A stretch of 64,000 nt of DNA from Macrostomum lignano (taxonomy: Eukaryota). Made by a program: the position numbers and the translations under genes. The notes beneath the pieces were generated by a model. The model saw only the letters and a list, made by a program, of their open reading frames with translations. It ran no database searches and was not told the origin of the DNA. Positions 1 to 13,230 of this stretch are shown piece after piece. Location: positions 62,001 to 126,000 of the forward strand of contig NIVC01001525.1 of the NCBI GenBank assembly GCA_002269645.1. Direction: 5' to 3'. The first letter of the stretch is position 1. Every line of letters starts with the position of its first letter.

Positions 1-1258
1 GATGTAGTGGATTGCTAATCTATGCTGCTGAGGATGTAGTGGATTGCTAATCTATGCTACTGAGGATGTAGTGGATTGCTAATCTATGCTGCTGAGGATG
101 AAGTGGATTGCTAATCTATGCTGCTGAGGATTTAGTTAGTGGATTGCTAATCTATGCTACTGAGGATGTAGTGGATTGCTAATCTATGCTACTAAGGATG
201 TAGTGGATTGCTAATCTATGCTGCTGAGGATGTAGTGGATTGCTAATCTATGCTACAGAGGATATAATGGATTGCTAATCTATGCTACTGAGGATGTAGT
301 GGATTGCTAATCTATGCTGCTGAGGATGAAGTGGATTGCTAATCTATGCTGCTGAGGATTTAGTTAGTGGATTGCTAATCTATGCTACTGAGGATTTAGT
401 TAGTGGATTGCTAATCTATGCTACTGAGGATTTAGTTAGTGGATTGCTAATCTATGCTACTGAGGATTTAGTTAGTGGATTGCTAATCTATGCTGCTGAG
501 GATTTAGTTAGTGGATTGCTAATCTATGCTGCTGAGGATTTATTTAGTGGATTGCTAATCTATGCTACTGAGGATTTAGTTAGTGGATTGCTAATCTATG
601 CTGCTGAGGATTTAGTTAGTGGATTGCTAATCTATGCTACTGAGGATTTAGTTAGTGGATTGCTAATCTATGCTACTGAGGATTTAGTTAGTGGATTGCT
701 AATCTATGCTGCTGAGGATTTAGTTAGTGGATTGCTAATCTATGCTACTGAGGATGTAGTGGATTGCTAATCTATGCTACTGAGGATGTAGTGGATTGCT
801 AATCTTTGCTTCTGAGGATGCAGTGGATTGCTAATCTATGCTACTGAGGATGTAGTGGATTGCTAATCTATGCTACTGAGGATGTAGTGGATTGCTAATC
901 TATGCTGCTGAGGATGTAGTGGATTGCTAATCTATGCTACTGAGGATGTAGTTAGTGGATTGCTAATCTATGCTACTGAGGATGTAGTGGATTGCTAATC
1001 TATGCTACTGAGGATGTAGTGGATTGCTAATCTATGCTACTGAGGATGTAGTGGATTGCTAATCTATGCTACTGAGGATGTAGTGGATTGCTAATCTATG
1101 CTACTGAGGATGTAGTGGATTGCTAATCTATGCTACTGAGGATGTAGTGGATTGCTAATCTATGCTACTGAGGATGTAGTGGATTGCTAATCTATGCTAC
1201 TGAGGATGTAGTGGATTGCTAATCTATGCTACAGAAGATATAGTGGATTGCTAATCTA
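1..1258. repeat. Minisatellite, 32-bp unit with a central block of 36-bp variants; runs off the left edge
   Basis: Unit GATGTAGTGGATTGCTAATCTATGCT(A/G)CTGAG, period 32 (e.g. TGCTAATC at 961 and 993). At ~355-750 the variant GATTTAGTTAGTGG gives 36 bp and creates the spurious ORF 336..770. Confidence 0.97.
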
Positions 1259-1689
1259 TCCTTGCGAAAAAGTTTTGACCCCATTTGTGTATCAGTCAGA
1301 AAGGGATAAAAAAATCCTACAAGAAGGCATTCATACGCAGCAATCCGCCTAGCAGCCCACCCGTCAGCCTCGCCGTGGGACATTCGCCATAGCAACCAGT
1401 TTGCCTTGGGGATTCGCACGCTTGGGTGGCATTTTGTCTGCGCATTTCTTCAGGAGTTCTTCAGCGTAACGTCAACTACTGCTGCTGCTGCAGGGTCTAG
1501 TGCTGGACTGGCATAGTAGCATAGCGGAATGGGGGATTACTGGCTCGGTCCTTTACTGGGCGGCTGCAAATGAACGCAGTTTTTTCTTTTTTCTTTTCTG
1601 CATTTACCTGTCCAACTTAGCAGTTTCCCTCTGTGATGCCTATCTTTTATCAGACAGCCTGAATATGGTTATACCACTTGTGGCTGTCA

Positions 1690-2830
1690 GACTTTTTGAC
1701 AATATTAAACTACAGAAAATGTCAGACTTTATTGACAATTAAACTACAGAAAGTGCCTGACTTTATTGACAATTAAACTACAGAAAGTGTCAATTTTTTT
1801 GACAATTGAACTACAGAAAGTGTCAGACTTTATTGAGAATTAAACTACACAGAAAGTGTCAGACTTTATTGACAATTCAAGTATAGAAAGTGTCAGACTT
1901 TATTGACAATTAAACTACAGAAAGTGTCCGACTTTATTGACAATTAAACTACAGAAAGTGTCAGACTTTATTGACAATTAAACTACAGAAAGTGTCAATT
2001 TTTTGACAATTAAACTACGGAAAGTGTCAGACTTTATTGACAATTAAACTACACAGAAAGTGTCAGACTTTATTGACAATTAAACTACAGAAACTGTCAG
2101 ACTTTATTGACAATCAAACTACAGAGAAAAGTGTCAGAAGTTATTGACAATCATACACAGAAAGTGTCAGAAGTTATTGAGAATCAAACTACAGAGAAAT
2201 TGTCAGACTTTATTGACAATCAAACTACAGAGAAAAGTGTCAGAAGTTATTGACAATCAAACTACAGAGAAATTGTCAAGTTATTGACAATCAAACTAAA
2301 GAGAAAGTGTCAGAAGTTATTGACAATCAAACTACAGAGAAAAGTGTCAGAAGTTATTGACAATCAAACTACAGAGAAATTGTCAAGTTATTGACAATCA
2401 AACTACAGAGAAAAGTGTCAGAAGTTATTGACAATCAAACTACAGAGAAATTGTCAGACTTTATTGACAATCAAACTACAGAGAAAGTGTCAGAAGTTAT
2501 TGACAATCAAACTACAGAGAAATTGTCAAGTTATTGACAATCAAACTACAGAGAAAGTGTCAGACTTTATTGACAATCAAACTACAGAGAAATTGTCAAG
2601 TTATTGACAATCAAACTACAAAGAAATTGTCAGACTTTATTGACAATCAAACTACAGAGAAATTGTCAAGTTATTGACAATCAAACTACAGAGAAATTGT
2701 CAGACTTTATTGACAATCAAACTACAGAGAAAGTGTCAGAAGTTATTGACAATCAAACTACAGAGAAAGTGTCAGAAGTTATTGACAATCAAACTACAGA
2801 GAAATTATCAAGTTATTGACAATCATACTA
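1690..2830. repeat. Minisatellite, 34-36-bp unit
   Basis: TGACAATTAAACTACAGAAAGTGTCAGACTTTAT (34 bp) on the left changes to TGACAATCAAACTACAGAGAAAGTGTCAGAAGTTAT (35-36 bp) on the right. Confidence 0.95.
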
Positions 2831-3429
2831 CACAAATTGTCGGACCCTATAAATAGCTAAGCTACTGACTTTTCAAGCTCTTCAAACTGCAGGCTCAGTT
2901 TATTTACAGTTGCTACAGCCAGCCCAAATGCATGGGCAGTAGACTGGTTCTACCTCTGTACTGATACAGTATACAGATACTGTACTTTGATATCAAATAG
3001 AATTCTTTTTGCCACACTGAGGCAAACCAGCTGTACTTTTACCTCTCCAGACTTGCCCGTCTGCCTGCTTTCGTTGCTTTTAAAGTCTCTCTTTGATATC
3101 GGCAGAAATTTCTTTTTATCTATAGGGAGCCGATAAATTAGTAGGTTTGCTCAACGGGGGGTGGGGGTTATTTAGTCCCAGTCCTGGCCGCTTTCTGACT
3201 CAGTTATTAAACCCATTAGCTTGATTAAAGTGTCTTATTTGTCTGTGGGCAGCTGTGTGGTCAAACTGCAGTGCGAGCTCAGCTGGCTTTTAATTATTCT
3301 TATCTGCGCGATTACTGCCCGAGTTCCGCTTCGATGGCCAAGCTTTTCTCTTCTCTTGTCTGAGCTCGTTCGCTCTGCGCTCCTCTGCCCTGCCTCTTCA
3401 TCCCGATGTTTTTCTGCATCTGTCTCAGT

Positions 3430-5012
3430 GTCACTCTCACACCCTTCCCGTTTCTCCCCACACTCTCCCTGTTTCTCCCCACACTCTCCCCCCCGTTTCT
3501 CCCCACACTCTCCCTGTTTCTCCCCACACACTCCTCCCGTTTCTCCCCACACTCTACCTGTTTCTCCCCACACTCTCCCCCGTTTCTCCCCACACTCTCC
3601 CCCCCGTTTCTCCCCACACTCTCCCTGTTTCTCCCCACACTCTCCCCCCGTTTCTCCCCACACTCTCCCTGTTTCTCCCACACACTCCTCCCGTTTCTCC
3701 CCACACTCTACCTGTTTCTCCCCACACTCTCCCCCGTTTCTCCCCACACTCTCCCCCCCCGTTTCTCCCCACACTCTCCCTGTTTCTCCCCACACTCTCC
3801 CCCCGTTTCTCCCCACACTCTCCCTGTTTCTCCCCACACACTCCTCCCGTTTCTCCCCACACTCTACCTGTTTCTCCCCACACTCTCCCCCGTTTCTCCC
3901 CACACTCTCCCTGTTTCTCCCCACACTCTCCCCCCCGTTTCTCCCCACACTCCCCCTGTTTCTCCCCACACTCTCCCCCCGTTTCTCCCACACTCTCCTC
4001 CCGTTTCTCTCCACTCTCCCCCCGTTTCTCCCACACTCTCCTCCCGTTTCTCCCCACACTCTCCTCCCTTTTCTCTCCACTCTCCCCCCGTTTCTCCCCA
4101 CACTCTCCTCCCGTTTCTCCCCACACTCTCCCCCCGTTTCTCTCCACTCTCCCCCGTTTCTCCCCACACTCTCCTCCCGTTTCTCCCCACACTCTCCCCC
4201 CGTTTCTCCCCACACTCTCCTCCCGTTTCTCCCCACACTCTCCCCCCGTTTCTCTCCACTCTCCCCCGTTTCTCCCCACACTCTCCTCCCGTTTCTCCCC
4301 ACACTCTCCCCCCCGTTTCTCCCCACACTCCCCCGTTTCTCCCCACACTCTCCTCCCTTTTCTCTCCACTCTCCCCCATTTCTCCCCACACTCCCCCGTT
4401 TCTCCCCACACTCTCCTCCCTTTTCTCTCCACTCTCCCCCCACTCTCCCCACACTCTCCTCCCGTTTCTCTCCACTCTCCCCCCGTTTCTCCCACACTCT
4501 CCTCCCGTTTCTCCCCACACTCTCCTCCCGTTTCTCTCCACTCTCCCCCCGTTTCTCCCCACACTCTCCTCCCGTTTCTCCCCACACTCTCCCCCCCGTT
4601 TCTCCCCACACTCTCCTCCCGTTTCTCCCCACACTCTCCTCCCTTTTCTCTCCACTCTCCCCCCATTTCTCCCCACACTCCCCCGTTTCTCCCCACACTC
4701 TCTCCCCGTTTCTCCCCACACTCTCCCCCCGTTTCTCCCCACACTCTCCTCCCGTTTCTCTCCACTCTCCCCCCGTTTCTCCCCACACTCTCCCCGTTTC
4801 TCCCCACACACTCCCGGTTTCTCCCCACACTCTCCCCGTTTCTCCCCACGCTCCCCCCGTTTCTTCCCACACTCACCGTTTCTTCCCACACTCACCGTTT
4901 CTTCCCACACTCTCCCGGTTTCTCCCCACACTCTCCCCGTTTCTCCCCACGCTCCCCCCGTTTCTTCCCACACTCACCGTTTCTTCCCACACTCACCGTT
5001 TCTTCCCACACT
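3430..5012. repeat. C/T-rich minisatellite, 21-25-bp unit
   Basis: Core CCGTTTCTCCCCACACTCTCC repeated throughout. It explains all the long overlapping ORFs between 3221 and 5421. Confidence 0.96.
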
Positions 5013-6022
5013 CTCCTGCTCGTTTCGTTGTGCTGTTGTCCATCTGTTGTCCATTGTTCATCTCCCTCTCTCTGCCTGTCTCCACTCTCCCTCTCTGCCT
5101 CTTCCCTCTCTCCGTCTCCCTTTTCACCGTCTTCCTTCTGACCATCCCCTCTCCGCCTCTCCTCACTGTCTTTTGTATCCCAGTTTACACTGTTACACTC
5201 CCTCCCTGCGTCTGCGCCCTCACCGCCCCGCCTTTCGCATGCCTTCCCTGCTGTCCCCTCTGTGTAAACAGTCTTGTTTCCATTTGCCTCTCTTTCACCC
5301 TCTACGAGCGTATTTATTGCTGTCGGTCTTTCAATCTTCACTTCCAAGCTACGTGTACGCGACCCTTGGTCAGCGCTCAGTCCATAGAGATTTAACACAG
5401 CGGCTTAGCCTGCTTATGTAGCCTATAGCGCACTTTTTTGATGACCAGTTAAGTACACGTGGCTTCAGTAGCTGGCGTGTTTTGTATCTTGACCTAGTTT
5501 TACTGACTGGCTGGCCAAGCAAAGTTAAAAATTGTCAATAAATCAATGCCGACGATTTTCTCTGGGAGCTGGAGTGGGGGAGAGGAAGATTCGAGCCAGC
5601 CTGGGAGATAAAAATGCTTGATGAGCAGTCTCAAAGCATCCCATCCACTCTGTAGCGCTGCACTCAGGCCAAGCTCCGGGCCCGTTGAAAATGTCTTCTG
5701 GCATCGATTTTGTGTCTCTATTTCTCCCAGTTTTACGGCTCCGAGTCGGAGCTCAGCTTCCGATGTTGTAAACTGGCGAGGGATTTGAGAATGGCTGAAA
5801 TTTATGGATTGATATGTGTGTGCATAGAGAGAGGCTGATTGGGGAATCCGCGCTAAAATGATGTTATCTAAGAGTATGAATTTTGCGGGGCAACTTGCAC
5901 TCGGGTAGGGTCAACTGTCACTCAAAATATTTTATCATCAACAATACTATTTTTAAAATGTAGTTCCTCATAATTGCAGGATTTTAGGTGTGCTTTTCAG
6001 CCTTCTACCCCCTGTCACCGAT

Positions 6023-6450
6023 CATCCGCCCCTTCATCATCTATCCGCCCCCTTCATCATCTATCCGCCCCTTCATCATCTATCTGCCCTCTTCATCGTC
6101 TATCCGCCCCCTTCATCATCTATCTGCCCTCTTCATCGTCTATCGGCCCCTTTATCATCTATCCGCCCCCTTCATCATCTATCCGCCCTCTTCATCGTCT
6201 ATCGGCCCCTTCATCATATATCCGTCCTCTTCATCGTCTATCTGCCCCCTTCATCAGCCATCTTCCCCCTTCCTCAGCCACCCGCCCCTTCATCAGCCAC
6301 CCGCCCCTTCATCAGCCATCTGCCCCCTTCATCATCTATTCGCCCCCTTCATCATCTATTCGCCCCTTCATCATCTATTCGCCCCTTCATCATCTATCCG
6401 CCCCTTCATCATCTATTCGCCCCCTTCATCAGCCATCCGCCCCCTTCATC
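6023..6450. repeat. Minisatellite, 21-22-bp unit
   Basis: CCCTTCATCATCTATCCGCC(C) units ending ~30 bp before the Shal acceptor site. Confidence 0.93.
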
Positions 6451-6482
6451 CGCAGTAATTTGCATTCTCCCGCCGCCCGCAG

Positions 6483-7107
6483 GTACGGCGATATGGTCCC
6501 AATGACCATCGTAGGCAAAATCGTTGGCGGCATCTGCTCATTATCTGGCGTTCTGGTCATAGCCCTGCCAGTCCCGGTCATAGTGAGCAGCTTCTCAAGA
6601 ATTTACCATCAGAATCAGCGAGCGGATAAGCGGAAAGCTCAGAAGGTAAGAGAATTCTCGCATTCTGGAGATATATCTTACACTCATTTGGGAACCCCAA
6701 GGTACAGAGAGTGTACATGTCTAACGATTAGAAAGTCCTGTGCCGCTGTACACCCTCTTTGAGCAAGTGTTGGCGAGTCACTCCCCGAGTCTGTGCAACC
6801 CCCCCCCCCGCCACTGCAGAAGGCCCGCTTGGCGCGAATCAAAATGGCCAAAAATGCCTCCGGCGCCGCGTTTATCAGCAGCAAGAAGCGCGCGGAGGAG
6901 CGCCGCCGCGCCCACGCAGAGCTGCTGCAGGCCGCCGCTGCCGCCTCATCCGATGCTGACGGCCAAGGCGGACAGCTGGAGCTGCCGGACGAAACGGACG
7001 TGTTCGAGCTGCAGCACCATCACCTGCTCACCTGCTTGGAGCGGACTACGGTTGGTGCCTGTCTGTTTGTCTGTCTGTCTGTCTGTCTTAGTATCTGTCT
7101 GTGTGCC

Positions 7108-7188
<81 letters not shown>

Positions 7189-7219
7189 TAGTGTCTGTCT
7201 GTTTGTCTGTCTGTCTTAG

Positions 7220-7280
<61 letters not shown>

Positions 7281-7283
7281 TAG

Positions 7284-7328
<45 letters not shown>

Positions 7329-7331
7329 TAG

Positions 7332-7368
<37 letters not shown>

Positions 7369-7371
7369 TAG

Positions 7372-7420
<49 letters not shown>

Positions 7421-10386
7421 GTCTGCCTGTCTGTCTGTCTGTCTATCTGTCTGTCTGTCTGTCTTTCTGTCTGTGTCAGCCAGCCAGCCCACCACCTCTC
7501 CGCAGGACCGTGAATTCGTGGAAATCGACCACCTTCAGCCCCATCGGCTCGGTGCCAGGTCCGGCCGCCTCATCAGCGGCGGCAGCAGCGCGGGCGGCAA
7601 CTGCTCAAGCGACCATGCTGCTGCAGCGGCAGTCGCTGGCCGCAACGCCGTCTCCAGAAGCTCCGGCGGCAACAACGATTTCGACTTCAGCCCGCGAGAC
7701 GACGAAGAGGCTGAGGAGGCGGACGCCGCGGCGGCACTTGGCGAGGATGACGGCGCTGACGGCGCCTCCGGCTGCTGCCCGAAACGGCGCGGTCGACGTC
7801 GCGGTCATCGACGACACGACGAAGAAGTGAAAGAGGGCCGGGCGCACCTGGTGAGCTTGTTTTTTTTGTTAATTTAAGCATGGCTTGCTTTTCAAAAACT
7901 TCTCCTGACTCGGTATTATTTCTTTCATGACCTTGTCACAGACTTATTTGTGAGGTTATTTGATTATAAATCTCCAATCCCAGATCCCATATTCTAGATC
8001 CCATATCCCAGATCCCCGATCCTTGATCCCAGATCCTTGATCCCAGATCATTGATCCAAATCCTTGATCCCAGATCCTTGATCCCAAATCCTTGATCCCA
8101 GATCCTTGATCCCAAACCCTATATCCTAGATTCCAGCTCCTATATCCCATATACAAATTCCAGATCACATAACCTAAATCTTAGATCCTAAATCCCAAAT
8201 CCCAAATTCTAGATCCCAAATCCAAGAGTCCTAATTTTAGATCCAAAATCTCAGATCCTATATCCCAAATTCTAGATCCCAGATCCCAAATTCTGGATCT
8301 TAAATCCCAGTTTCCAGATAATAAATTCTGGATCCGAAATCCCAGAAACCTGATCTTAAATCTCAAATCCCAGAACCCGAATTCTAGATCCATCTGCGGT
8401 GTGATTTCTAACGCTAACATTTTTTTCTGCATCGAATATACTGAAACTTGCGCGTATTATCACTGGTTTTCGACAGATGCTACTTAATTATTATTTAGTT
8501 AGTAGAATAATGCGCTTCCTTGCTGGATTCAGTTGTTCATATTTATTCCATGCTTCAAATATTTTAGCTACGCCAGTTTCGGGTAAGTCATGTAAAGTAG
8601 TTATTTGACGTACGTACTTGATGCTGTTATAAATTTTATTTATTGATTAATTGTAATATGTGCCAATTGCGATGTTTTACGTTTAATAGATTCTTTTTTT
8701 CATCAATTGCCTATTGTATGGTGTCAGTTTTGCATTCGTCTCTTACGTGTGTTCACCTGGTCAAAATTGGTTTGCAGCCGTTGCGTAATTGGACATACTT
8801 GGGCACGTCTGTGTTGACAGATTTTGCAAGCTCAAACATGAATTTTTGGACACCTAATCTTCCAATACAAATGCTGCATTTGCAAGCTTCATCTTCGGAT
8901 ACTATTAATCTTCAGATATTCCATCTTTTTTCGGATCTTCGGAACTATCAATCTTCGGACACTATCAATCTTCGAATACTTCGGACACTTTCAATCTTTG
9001 GACGCTTCTAATATTTGGACACTCCATCTTCGGACACTATCAATCTTTGGACACTATCAGTCTTCGGACACTATCAATCTTTGGACACTATCAATCTTCG
9101 GACACTATCAATCTTTGGACACTATCAATCTTCGGACACTATCAGTCTTCGGACACTATCAATCTTTGGACACTATCAGTCTTCGGACACTATCAATCTT
9201 TGGACACTATCAGTCTTCGGACACTATCAGTCTTCGGACACTATCAATCTTTGGACACTATCAATCTTCGGACACTATCAGTCTTCGGACACTATCAATC
9301 TTTGGACACTATCAGTCTTCGGACACTATCAATCTTTGGACACTATCAGTCTTCGGACACTATCAGTCTTCGGACACTATCAATCTCCAGACACTATCAA
9401 TCTTCGGACACTATCAATCTTCGGACACTATCAATCTTCGGACACTATCAATCTTCGGACACTATCAATCTCCAGACACTATCAATCTTCGGACACTATC
9501 AATCTTCGGACACTATCAATCTTCGGACACTATCAATCTCCGTGCACTATCAATCTTCGGATACTTCGAACACTTTCAATATTTGGACGCTTCTAATATT
9601 TGGACACTCCATCTTCGGACACTATCAATCTTCGGACACTATCAATCTTTGGACTCTATCAATCTCCAGACACTATCAATCTTCGGACACTATCCATCTT
9701 CGAACAATATCAATCTCTGGATACTCCATCTTCGGACACTTTGGACACTCAAATCTTCGGACAGTCTATATTCGGACACGTACCTGAAACTTTTCTATAT
9801 GTAACTTTTGGGGCAGTGAAATTTCAAGCAATGCGCTCGTAATGCACAAGAAATGAACGCGAGAAATTTTAGTAAACTGATTTTTCAAGTCTTTTAGCGA
9901 GTTGACTTCTGTCTGTCTGTCAGTGTAAATTTTACTATTTAGCATCTCCCATCCCTACTTTTGCGCGATCTTAGCTGCATGACTACCTTTTCATGTTTCT
10001 TCTCTTAGTTCTCTAAAGTAGATCTCTAATAATTTCAACATTAAAGTGGATATTCAAATTTTAAAAAAAGACAATTTCATTAATCTGTAGCCGAATTTCT
10101 TCCATTTTCAGCCCGCAAAAGAGAATCTTGAAGGGCTCTCGGACTTCAATCAAGCCAACTCTAAGCGCCAAGGTAGGTTATAAAAGTGTTATTACACTAA
10201 TTATTACATAAAATGCTTAACCTCTACTAAAAGTATTTTAATGGAACATTGGCTGTGAAATTTTTTTGCCGAAAATTGTCAGGCTACGGCGGAGACACCA
10301 CGGTGGCCATCGTGAGCGCCCCGTCCGGCTCCCGGGCCAACCCGCCCCAGTATGACGACATTAGCAGGGAGAGCAGCTCTCTGTGA
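6483..10386 (+). CDS. Shal: Shal/Kv4 voltage-gated K+ channel, 3' five coding exons (5' exons lie upstream of the window)
   Basis: Exons 6483-6645 ([54 protein letters not shown]), 6820-7050 ([11 protein letters not shown]...[16 protein letters not shown]), 7506-7850 (DREFVEID...), 10112-10172 and 10283-10386 (...[10 protein letters not shown]). All have GT-AG boundaries and consistent phases. The pore/S6 and QHHHLLxCLExTT motifs are Kv4 hallmarks. The last two exons rest on phase and splice sites only. Confidence 0.93.
6691..6790 (+). mobile_element. Fragment of the tRNA-derived SINE family (core only) inside a 174-bp Shal intron
   Basis: AGTGTACATGTCTAACGATTAGAAAGTCCTGTGCCGCTGTACAC matches the core of the copies at 15320, 20525 and 39871. 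Confidence 0.65.
7058..7478. repeat. (TCTG)n microsatellite in a Shal intron
   Basis: Direct; has recurrent TTAGTG interruptions. Confidence 0.98.
7965..8392. repeat. Degenerate 7-bp satellite (GATCCCA/AATCCCA)
   Basis: Runs of GATCCCA, GATCCTT and AATCCCA. Confidence 0.88.
8940..9775. repeat. Minisatellite, 17-bp unit
   Basis: TCTTCGGACACTATCAA with TTTGG/CAG variants. It explains ORFs 8998-9842. Confidence 0.95.
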
Positions 10387-10527
10387 CCTTCTGACGTACC
10401 TTTTTGTGTTTTGCTTTTTTCTCGTTTTTAATTGATTTTTTTATTTTCAGCTTGGTTAGAACAGTGGCCTGGTTGGCAGCAATTTGATTATTATCACATG
10501 ACCCCACTTGGTCCAAGAAGTAGATAT

Positions 10528-11580
10528 CACAGATCCCAGATCCCAAATCCAAAATCCCAGGTCCCAAATCTCAAGTCCCAAATCCCCGATCTTAAATCCC
10601 CGATCCTAGATCTCAAATCCAAGATTCCAGATCCTAGATCCCAAATCCCAAGTCCCAGATCCTAGATTCCAAATCCCAAGTCCCAGATCCTAGATTCCAA
10701 ATCCAAGATCCCAGATCCTAGATTCCAGATCCCAGATCCTAAATCCCAGATTCTAGATTCTAAATCCAAGATCCGAGATCCTTGATTCCAAATCTAAAAT
10801 CCCAGATCTTTGATTCCAACTCCAAGATCCCAGATCCTAGATTCCAAGTCCAAGATCTCAGATCTCAGATCCCAAATCCCAGATCCCGAATCCCAGATCT
10901 CATATCCCAAATCCCAGGTCCTAAATCTCAGATCTCAGATCCCAAGTCCCAGGTCCCAGATCTCAGATCCCATATCACAGGTCCTAAATCTCAGATCTCA
11001 TATCCCAAATCCCTGGTCCCAGATCTCAGATTTCAAATCACAGGTTATAAATCTAATATTCCAAAGATCCCAAATCCGAGATCTCAGATCCCAAATCCCA
11101 GGTCCTAAATCTCAGATCTCAGATCCCAAGTCCCAGGTCCCAGATCTCAGATCCCATATCACAGGTCCTAAATCTCAGATCTCATATCCCAAATCCCTGG
11201 TCCCAGATCTCAGATTTCAAATCACAGGTTATAAATCTAATATTCCAAAGATCCCAAATCCGAGATCTCAAATCCCAAATCCCAGGTCCTAAATCTCAGA
11301 TCTCAGATCCCAAGTCCCAGGTCCCAGATCTCAGATCCCATATCACAGGTCCTAAATCTCAGATCTCATATCCCAAATCCCTGGTCCCAGATCTCAGATT
11401 TCAAATCACAGGTTATAAATCTAATATTTCAAAGATCCCAAATCCCAGATCTCAGATCCCAAATCCCAGATTCTAAATCTCAGTTCTCATATCCCAAATC
11501 CCAGGTCCTAAATCCCAGATCTCAGATCCCAAATCCCAGGTCCTAAATCCCAGATCTCAGATCCCAAATCCCAGATCCCA
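10528..11580. repeat. Degenerate 7-bp satellite with a 184-bp higher-order repeat x3
   Basis: AATCCCA/GATCCCA/GATCTCA runs. The marker TTATAAATCTAATATT recurs at 11045, 11229 and 11413 (period 184). Confidence 0.9.
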
Positions 11581-12429
11581 GAGTAAGATTTGAGCAGTTT
11601 CCTTAACCGCAGGTCACTTTTCCGCAGTCAAAATTCTGTGCTTTGTGTCGACGACTTTCTTTCAATTTTGTGTGCTCCAGTCGCTGAAATGCATTGTCTA
11701 GTCAGAGAGTTGGTCCTGTCAGGTTTATTTTCTGCATATTTTTGGTCCACATAGATTCCCCCCCGAGTCGTTTTAGTCTGCAGTGCAAATATGCGCCATT
11801 ATGTCGACCAGCTAATCCTGAAAAGTTATTTGTAAATTTCTTTTTTTTTCTTCTAGTCAGAGTTTTAACTTTTGCGGGTATTTTTTCAAATTCGAAATGT
11901 GTGTTGCAATGGTACAGTTTTACAAAAATAGAACTGTAAATTAATTTGTTATAGTACTTTTACCTGGAAAATATTTATTAATTTAGCTATCGCTAATAAC
12001 TGTCTGCATTTTAAAAGAAAACCTTCAATAAGCGCTATAGATGGATGATTTATTATCACTATGAGTTAACTAAAAGTTGAGTCAGTGTGTCTACAAAACA
12101 GGTTGTGATAGCAGAGCTTAGGTCCAAAGCTTCAAGGCTTCAGTATTTTATACTCATGCATATATTTGAAACATATTCTCAGACATGTTCTCCTCCGAAT
12201 GCGTTATTGTTTGCCATTTTGATAATTCTTGTTTCAGTTGCCCTCTTGTGATCAGCTGACTTGTAGTTTTGTTACCAATTTGTACTTTGTAGTGTCCATG
12301 ATTTTTGCTTATTAATATTTTTGAGTTGAACATGATCTCACCTACATTTCGAGTAACTTTAGTCTCATGGGAAATCATTGTTTATTTATCATCCCAAAAT
12401 TAATTCTCCTTGATCAACAAATCTATCAT

Positions 12430-13230
12430 TTGCCGTACAGAATTTACCATTTACCATCCCCAGAATCTTTCATTTACCATCCCCAGAATCTTTCATTTAC
12501 CATCCTCAGAATCTTTCATTTACCATCACCAAAATCTCCCGTTTACCATCCCCAGAATCTTTCATTTACCATCACCAGAATCGCTCATTTACCATCCCCA
12601 GAATCTCTCATTTACCATCCCCAGAATCTCCGATTTACCATCACCAGAATCGCTCATTTACCATCCCCAGAATCTCTCATTTACCATCCCCAGAATCTCC
12701 TATTTACCATCCCCAGAATCTCTCATTTACCATCCCCAGAATCTTTCATTTACCATCACCAGAATCTTTCATTTACCATCTCCAGAATCTTTCATTTACC
12801 ATCTCCAGAATCTCTCATTTACCATCCCCAGAATCTTTCATTTACCATCACCAGAATCTCCCATTTACCATCCCCATATTCTCCGATTTACCATCACCAA
12901 AATCTCCCATTTACCATTCCCAGAATCTCTCATTTACCATCACCAGAATATCTCATTTACCATCTCCAGAATCTGTCATTTACCATCCTCAGAATCTATC
13001 ATTTACCATCCCCAAAATCTCCTATTTACCATCCCTATAATCTCCGATTTACCATCCCAAAAATCGCTCATTTACCATCCCCAGAATCTCTCAGTTACCA
13101 TCCTCATAATCTCATTTACCATCCCCAGAATCTCCTATTTACCATCCCTAGAATCTCTCATTTAACATCCCCATAATCTCCGATTTACCATCCAAAGAAT
13201 CGCTCATTTACGATCATTTACCATCCCCAG
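12430..13230. repeat. Minisatellite, 23-bp unit
   Basis: ATTTACCATCCCCAGAATCTCTC units. Confidence 0.96.

Noticed and set aside
1-1258. Regular repeats as a CRISPR array
   Set aside because: Units are contiguous with no unique spacers, there are no cas genes and the context is eukaryotic. The same applies to every other array in the window.
1300-1500. GC-richer island between the first two arrays as an exon or TE fragment
   Set aside because: No recognisable protein motif and no consistent splice pair.
3221-5421. Long ORFs of 369-724 aa on both strands
   Set aside because: Translations of a stop-poor minisatellite; open in several frames at once and inside a Shal intron.
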